41,004 bases of DNA, taken from a virus. Lineage: Duplodnaviria > Caudoviricetes. Positions 35,321-41,004 of the stretch are shown here, one piece after another. Position numbers and translations under genes: made by a program. The stretch's first letter is position 1. The number at the start of each line of letters is the position of its first letter. The stretch is from positions 1 through 41,004 of the IMG/VR virus record IMGVR_UViG_3300003406_000169. The stretch is one strand, 5' to 3'. Below the pieces are notes generated by a model. The model was given only the letters and a program-made list of their open reading frames with translations. It was not told the origin of the DNA and ran no database searches.

Positions 35321-36865
35321 ATGTCTTTTCCAACAGAAACATTTGAAACCACTACGCTTTTGCGTAATTATATCCAGTCCAAAATTGTAGAAAATAATGA
35401 GCGGGGTATTAAGGAGGAGCATGTCAATAATATATTCAATTCTATGTTGGATTTTATTGTAGATATACCTGATGACTATCAGAATGGTATTGCTTTTAAC
35501 GAAGGGATTGTTACCAACGACTTAATTACCGGTAAAAGTGGGGGTCAAACTATTAAAGGCGGGACTTCTGTCAGTGAGAATCTTACACTTACATCTACAG
35601 GTCACGCCACTAAAGGGAAAATACTTTTTGGTACAAGTGCGTATGATGAGGTGAATAATAGATTGGGGCTTAGAGTTACCTCACCATTAGAAGCAATTCA
35701 TGCAGAAGGTAATATATTATTAACTGGGGACTCGAATAACGATATAATTTTTGAACCGAAAACGGGAACAAGTACCGGCAAATCTTACGGGCTTGGTTTT
35801 AGGTCTGTAAATAATAGCATCGTAAGAGCAATAGTGAAGCTTGTTGGGAGTGAATTTCAGATAGGTGGAACAGGTGGCGGTTATATCCCCGTTTTCTACT
35901 CTCAAGGGGGAGAAGCTGCACGATTCTCCACAGATAGATATTTTGGCGTTGGTGTAACAAACCCGAGTGCAATCGTGGACATTGCAGCTTCAACGACAGC
36001 CAGAGCCTCACTGCGTATAAGGACAGGTGTTGCTCCCACTTCGCCAAATGCCGGGGATGTTTGGTATAACGGCACAAATCTTTATTTCAGAAACACAACA
36101 GACAGCATAGATTTATTGGCTTCAGGTCCTACCTATACTTTCGATAATGGGTTGATGGATTTAGGGGATGGGGTTGTAGGATTAAGCGGGGATTTGTCCA
36201 CTTATGGCGGCATCTATATAACTGGAAGTGATGCGGGTGCAGTCAGCATGACGGGATTAACTACATTAGATTTTAGCGGCAATGATAATTTCACCTTCGC
36301 GACTACTGGTTTTACTTTCAATTTATTTGGAACGCAGAATTTAAGAATTGGTAATAATGCATCTGGTGGTTATCAAATGAGTTATGAGTCTGGTCTTATG
36401 TCATTAAGAAGTGGAAGCAATAGCGTTAGGCATGAATTAACCAGTACATCCTACATGATAAAGAAAGGTTCCGTTGGAGATTTTGATTTTATTGTCAATT
36501 CCAATGAGGATGCTCAAAATACATTTATTAAGGTTTACAATACAATTGCCCAAACATCAACCTTTTTGTTTGGTATTGATTCCACCAACGATAACATTAT
36601 TCTTTACGAATCCGGGGATTTTAAAATCAAATATGGTACCTCACCAGGCAGTACTGCATTAACAATAGATGCGGAAGGAAATGTAGGTATCAAAGTAGCT
36701 CCCATCGCTGCATTGCACCTGCCCGCTTCAGATACTACAAGGGCGCAATTGTGCTTAACAAGCGGCGTGGCTCCCACCACTCCCAATGATGGGGATGTTT
36801 GGTATGACGGAACTAATGTATACATGCGAATTAGCGGTACAACTAAAACGTTCACACTGGCATAA
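35321..36865 (+). CDS. Second tail fibre / receptor-binding protein
   Basis: Gly/Thr/Ser-rich beta repeats; duplicated P..GDVWY.G motif; follows the first fibre. Confidence 0.7.
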   Translation: MSFPTETFETTTLLRNYIQSKIVENNERGIKEEHVNNIFNSMLDFIVDIPDDYQNGIAFNEGIVTNDLITGKSGGQTIKGGTSVSENLTLTSTGHATKGKILFGTSAYDEVNNRLGLRVTSPLEAIHAEGNILLTGDSNNDIIFEPKTGTSTGKSYGLGFRSVNNSIVRAIVKLVGSEFQIGGTGGGYIPVFYSQGGEAARFSTDRYFGVGVTNPSAIVDIAASTTARASLRIRTGVAPTSPNAGDVWYNGTNLYFRNTTDSIDLLASGPTYTFDNGLMDLGDGVVGLSGDLSTYGGIYITGSDAGAVSMTGLTTLDFSGNDNFTFATTGFTFNLFGTQNLRIGNNASGGYQMSYESGLMSLRSGSNSVRHELTSTSYMIKKGSVGDFDFIVNSNEDAQNTFIKVYNTIAQTSTFLFGIDSTNDNIILYESGDFKIKYGTSPGSTALTIDAEGNVGIKVAPIAALHLPASDTTRAQLCLTSGVAPTTPNDGDVWYDGTNVYMRISGTTKTFTLA

Positions 36866-36874
36866 ACTATAAAA

Positions 36875-37180
36875 ATGAAAATAAGTTTTAACAAACCCAT
36901 CCTGCATTTGGATGGTGTCTCGGCAAAAGATGAAAAAGGGGAACCAATTACCCTGGGTAAGCAATTGGCTATACAGCTTTCGCAACTCACAAAGGGCGAT
37001 GCCTTTAAAATGTTTGACTGGTCCAAAAAGATGTATAACGGGGAAACGCTGAATCTTGACCGAAGCGACACACAACTATTAAAGGAAACCATTGAAAAAA
37101 TGGAAAACATCACTGTGTTATTTAAAGCACAGCTTTTGGAAATCTTTACCGCTAATAATCCTGACAGCAACGCGGAGTAA
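36875..37180 (+). CDS. Hypothetical protein (possible fibre chaperone)
   Basis: 101 aa directly after the fibre gene. Confidence 0.55.
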   Translation: MKISFNKPILHLDGVSAKDEKGEPITLGKQLAIQLSQLTKGDAFKMFDWSKKMYNGETLNLDRSDTQLLKETIEKMENITVLFKAQLLEIFTANNPDSNAE

Positions 37181-37197
37181 TCATTGATCTCATTAAA

Positions 37198-37455
37198 GTG
37201 TTTATGATGGAATCAGAACAATTAGAGTTACGGGATATACGCACAAAGGTTACCAGCATTTTACAAATCTTAAAAGGCCACGAGTTGAATAAGGATGATA
37301 AAGGGGTTATTGGGGTAATAACCGATCATGGACAGCGATTAGCAAAGCTGGAAAAGCTTAAGGATAGATTGGTTGTTATTCTCATAGTTATGGCTGTACC
37401 TGCATCTGGTGGGGTTTGGGATGCACTTAAAACCCTGGTGTCTCTTTTAAAATAA
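37198..37455 (+). CDS. Small membrane protein (holin/hemolysin-like)
   Basis: Coiled coil plus C-terminal hydrophobic segment; start of the lysis region. Confidence 0.45.
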   Translation: MFMMESEQLELRDIRTKVTSILQILKGHELNKDDKGVIGVITDHGQRLAKLEKLKDRLVVILIVMAVPASGGVWDALKTLVSLLK

Positions 37456-37459
37456 TACT

Positions 37460-38455
37460 ATGCGAATTGTACTGTGCATCATTATAGCCGCTTCATTCAC
37501 TTCCTGCATATCGCAAAAGAAGTGCAATGATCGCTATCCACCTCAGATTGAGACAAAGGATAGCATAATTGAAAAAGAGGTGATTGTTTATAAGGATACA
37601 ACGATCACCATTCCCGGTGACAGCGTTAGGATCCATGATAGCATTCCATGTCAGGATGTGGTATATCACAGAGAAGTAAAATCCAAATCGGGCAGGACCA
37701 GTGCCACCATTGATATCAATAATGGCAAAATTGACGTGGAATGTAAAACGGATAGCCTAAACAGGACAATTGATAGCCTGGCAAACATCATTAAAACAAA
37801 AGAAGTTCACCACTCACAAGTAACAACCATTTCTGTTCCGGTAATAAAATATAAAACACCAAAATGGTGCTGGTGGTTATTGGTTATTAACCTGGTTTAT
37901 GTCATATGGCGATTCCGCAAACCAATTATCAAAACAGTAAAATCAGCAGTTATGAAATATTTCCTTTTTGCATTTATCATTTCCATGTTTCTTTTTTCCT
38001 GTAGCAATAAGCCAGACAATGAAATTAAAGGCACAGATTCCACTCATACCGGCTGGTATATGGGAGAGAAAGTTTTTACAAAATATGTAACCATTTCACC
38101 AACCTACGGGCAGGCGGTACATTATGCCGTGAAAGACGGGTGGATACTTAACCTGTGCATTGGTGTTTTGCTCATTGCTGTAATAATAGCTATTCTAATT
38201 TTAGGTGCTAAGAATCTTCTCCCCGGTCATGATCCCGCACGCTATACCAATTATGTAATGTTTGTGATTGGCGCCGCGGCGCTTCTTTTTATTTTTCCGA
38301 AGCCTGGCAATATCTGGCTTAATAATTCAAAGCAAATTGAAAAGTCTGTTTATGAATACCATATGACCAGAGAAGGGAGTACAGAAATAATTTGGGATAG
38401 CCTATATATGAACAACAGATTGGTTGGAGTAAAGCCGCCTAAAAAAAATGATTGA
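37460..38455 (+). CDS. Lipoprotein/membrane protein, spanin-like N-half; apparent in-frame fusion of two genes
   Basis: N-terminal lipobox FTSC; TM near aa 135-150; second signal MKYFLFAFIISMFLFSC at M165; two further TMs. Confidence 0.55.
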   Translation: MRIVLCIIIAASFTSCISQKKCNDRYPPQIETKDSIIEKEVIVYKDTTITIPGDSVRIHDSIPCQDVVYHREVKSKSGRTSATIDINNGKIDVECKTDSLNRTIDSLANIIKTKEVHHSQVTTISVPVIKYKTPKWCWWLLVINLVYVIWRFRKPIIKTVKSAVMKYFLFAFIISMFLFSCSNKPDNEIKGTDSTHTGWYMGEKVFTKYVTISPTYGQAVHYAVKDGWILNLCIGVLLIAVIIAILILGAKNLLPGHDPARYTNYVMFVIGAAALLFIFPKPGNIWLNNSKQIEKSVYEYHMTREGSTEIIWDSLYMNNRLVGVKPPKKND

Positions 38456-38861
38456 GATGCAGATTACATATTTCGTTATCTGCATAATTGAGGCAAAGCT
38501 GGAACAGTTTGTTATTGCCGGTAAGCAGATTGATGTGTCCCAAAGCATAGATAGGTTGGAACATCAATGGAGCGCTGTTTATTCGATTTCAGTGGGTGCG
38601 GCTATCGTTGGATTGACAGCATATTTTGCACAGGATTGGAGGTTATTGTTTTGTATGCCGGCTATGTTTCCAATCAGGAGAACGGGTTTTGATTTTTTGT
38701 TAAAGATATTCCGGGATAGGCCATGGCGATTGATTGAGGGAAATGGAACAATAGATAAAACTTCACGAAGGATATTCGGCCGAAAGGGAGGTTACATTGA
38801 ATTATGCGTCTGCATGTCGCTGCTCATTGGATATAATTATTTACTCAAAAGGTTTTTATGA
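38448..38861 (+). CDS. Membrane protein (lysis region)
   Basis: Several hydrophobic segments; overlaps both neighbours. Confidence 0.5.
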   Translation: MIEMQITYFVICIIEAKLEQFVIAGKQIDVSQSIDRLEHQWSAVYSISVGAAIVGLTAYFAQDWRLLFCMPAMFPIRRTGFDFLLKIFRDRPWRLIEGNGTIDKTSRRIFGRKGGYIELCVCMSLLIGYNYLLKRFL

Positions 38862-39241
38862 AACGATTAAAATACTTTCTTCAGCTCTTTGATGGCATAT
38901 GGAGTGTGCCACTTGCCTTTTTTGGGTTTTGGGGATTAGGCGTCGCGTTATCCTTACTGGGGATGGCAACCGGCACCTATGATATTAGTTTTATTCAACC
39001 CCTGCTCCTATCGGCTGCTGTTGTTATCGGCGCTGCAAATATTGCTTTGGGAGGAATTTATTTTTCCTTCCGTGGGTTATATCGGTTCTTATATGGACAG
39101 AAGAGGCAGGATGGAACAAGAGTTAATTATTCAAAATTAAAATGGAAAAATCTTCAGTCGTGGCAACAGTTCGCAATATCCTTACTTGTTTTCTTCTCAT
39201 TTTTTTGGGCAGTTGTAATAGTCTACCTGAAACTGGTGTAG
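38858..39241 (+). CDS. Three-TM membrane protein, holin candidate
   Basis: Three hydrophobic helices; immediately upstream of the endolysin. Confidence 0.55.
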   Translation: MKRLKYFLQLFDGIWSVPLAFFGFWGLGVALSLLGMATGTYDISFIQPLLLSAAVVIGAANIALGGIYFSFRGLYRFLYGQKRQDGTRVNYSKLKWKNLQSWQQFAISLLVFFSFFWAVVIVYLKLV

Positions 39242-39810
39242 TAGTTACAATGCAAGGGGATACGCTGGCAGAATTGCCGGCGGATACTATTATTGTTGTG
39301 CCTATACGTCCCGTAACAGTGGATACGGTTGTAATACGGGATACTGTTATTGCGTTCAGGCGTTGCGAATTGTCAGAGATTTATCTTTCCCAGGTAGGTG
39401 TGCGGGAAGCGACTGGCAGAAACGATGGCCCGCAGATCCGAATGTATTTGCGATCTGTTGGGCTGGGTGAGGGATACGCCTATTGTTCCGCTTTTGTGCA
39501 TTGGTCCTTGGATAGCGCCGGCATACCCAATACCGTTACCGCCTGGTCACCATCGGCGCACAATGCAAAAAACATTGTTTGGACTGGTAAAAAATTTTTG
39601 AAGGATCCCGAACCAGGAGATGTTGGCTGTTTGTATTACGCATCTTTAAAACGCATTGGGCATACTTTCTTTTATCACAGGCAAATAAATAGCTCTGTAT
39701 ATGAATCGGTAGAGGCTAATACTAATGTAGCTGGCAGCCGGGAAGGTGATGGGGTGTACAAAAAAAAGAGATCATACAACGCAACTTATTCAATAACCAG
39801 GTGGAAATAA
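39142..39810 (+). CDS. CHAP-like peptidoglycan hydrolase (endolysin)
   Basis: GVREATGRNDG, AYCSAFV (Cys), IGHT (His), SVEANT; possible N-terminal lipobox LGSC. Confidence 0.8.
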   Translation: MEKSSVVATVRNILTCFLLIFLGSCNSLPETGVVVTMQGDTLAELPADTIIVVPIRPVTVDTVVIRDTVIAFRRCELSEIYLSQVGVREATGRNDGPQIRMYLRSVGLGEGYAYCSAFVHWSLDSAGIPNTVTAWSPSAHNAKNIVWTGKKFLKDPEPGDVGCLYYASLKRIGHTFFYHRQINSSVYESVEANTNVAGSREGDGVYKKKRSYNATYSITRWK

Positions 39811-39831
39811 GCCACCACAAAATAATTATTT

Positions 39832-41004
39832 ATGGAACAATACCCCGTAATTGGCAATCAGATTGCAAGGCAAATACACGTGGCAAAGACGCAGGCCTTT
39901 TGGTCGCTAACGCACCTGCCAGACGATTTTTACGCAACTACGCAAAAGTACCCGATACTTTTTTTTCTGCACGGTGCTGGTGAAATCGGAAACGAAACCG
40001 CAGACGGGTTAAAAAAACTACTGGTGCACGGACCCCCAAAACTAATCGGCGCGGGTGAAAAAATGCAGTTCATTAATCCGAATACCGGCAAACTTCAAAA
40101 GTTTATAGTGGTGTCTCCGCAGCGTAGTACAGTGTCATTTACGACTCCGGACCATGTCAATTACATTGTGGCAAATGACTCGCTATTGAAGGACAGAATT
40201 GACCTCGCAGCTATTTTTGTTACAGGCATTTCTTTGGGTGCAAAGTCAACATCTTTCTATTTTTTTGACCAAAGGGACGGAGATTTAGCGAGTACCGTGA
40301 CTGCAGTAGCACCATTCTCAACTTACATGGCTGCAAGTGAGGAAGGTTATACGTTCAATAAGGCAATTGCAGCTAAGTTGCCGATATGGCTATTTTGCGG
40401 GGATAAGGATGAGACATGTACCGCTGACACAAGACGGATTTATAAGACAATACATGATGTTGCGCCAGATCTGATTGACCTTACTATTTATACCGGCGGG
40501 CACTGCTGTTGGACTGAACGGTATGACCCAAAATTCAAACAGAACAATTTGAACCTTTACGAATGGTTTCTATCAAAAATCAAAATAATGACTACAGAAT
40601 TAAAAGCAGATGCCGGGGATGACCAAACAATTATGCTGCCATCTGAATCTGTTATATTAAGAGGCAACAATTCAACTGGTCCAGAAGGGTTAATACACGT
40701 TTGGAAACAAGTTTCTGGACCTGTGCAGGCGGTAATGAACAATCCATATTCAATAGGGGTTACTGTAACCGGGTTAACCGTTGCGGGTGAATATGCTTTT
40801 GACCTGATACTGACTGCACCGGATGGTAAAACGGAAATAAGCAGGGTAACCGTTACCGTATTGCCAGATCCTAATGCCGAGACAGGCATCACGCCTAAAG
40901 TGCTCTCTTCGCGCAAGGGGGTACTTGTGGTGGAAGGCCCAGCGTTGACCGAATCTACTGTGCTACGGCTGGGACTGGTGGATGTGGAATATAATGTGGT
41001 TTAA
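39832..41004 (+). CDS. Alpha/beta-hydrolase (esterase/peptidase-like) with C-terminal PKD/Ig-like domain
   Basis: FLHGAGE, nucleophile GISLG, GDKD, GGH; ADAGDDQTI.LP...WKQVSGP PKD signature. Confidence 0.8.
   Translation: MEQYPVIGNQIARQIHVAKTQAFWSLTHLPDDFYATTQKYPILFFLHGAGEIGNETADGLKKLLVHGPPKLIGAGEKMQFINPNTGKLQKFIVVSPQRSTVSFTTPDHVNYIVANDSLLKDRIDLAAIFVTGISLGAKSTSFYFFDQRDGDLASTVTAVAPFSTYMAASEEGYTFNKAIAAKLPIWLFCGDKDETCTADTRRIYKTIHDVAPDLIDLTIYTGGHCCWTERYDPKFKQNNLNLYEWFLSKIKIMTTELKADAGDDQTIMLPSESVILRGNNSTGPEGLIHVWKQVSGPVQAVMNNPYSIGVTVTGLTVAGEYAFDLILTAPDGKTEISRVTVTVLPDPNAETGITPKVLSSRKGVLVVEGPALTESTVLRLGLVDVEYNVV

Noticed and set aside
34297-36865. Tail fibres as remote DGR targets
   Set aside because: No match to the TR core (CTTCGGGCTTCGGTCTG or CTCCC.CCTTTG) seen by eye; a computational scan should confirm this.
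1360-40916. Numerous minus-strand and nested ORFs in the six-frame track
   Set aside because: They are shadows of well-supported + strand genes with no recognisable motifs; only hicA, hicB and 25035-25259 were kept on the minus strand.

Overview
A 41-kb segment of a probably temperate myovirus or prophage of a Bacteroidetes host. Host evidence is a TTTG-N19-TAnnTTTG promoter, A-rich translation starts and the style of the proteins. Almost all genes are on the + strand. Order: early and regulatory genes with an aberrant tRNA-like element; a complete diversity-generating retroelement (DGR); replication genes (DUF1376-type initiator with 11-bp iterons, DnaC-like ATPase); orphan C5 methyltransferase; RuvC-like nuclease; lambda-like packaging genes (Nu1/GpA terminase split by about 3.7 kb of accessory genes, gpW, portal); fused protease-capsid; P2-like contractile tail and baseplate with two antisense morons (a membrane protein and hicAB); tail fibres; lysis genes; an esterase-PKD gene. 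No integrase or repressor is visible in the window. The highlight is the DGR. One 72-bp template repeat (TR, 4053-4124) upstream of a GxxxSQ/YADD reverse transcriptase matches two variable repeats (VR1 3484-3555, VR2 3872-3938), with every mismatch at a TR adenine. The targets are two small, tandem, paralogous early-region proteins rather than tail fibres. There is no avd gene, but a small ORF is coupled to the RT. Product calls rest on motif recognition and synteny only; no database search was run.
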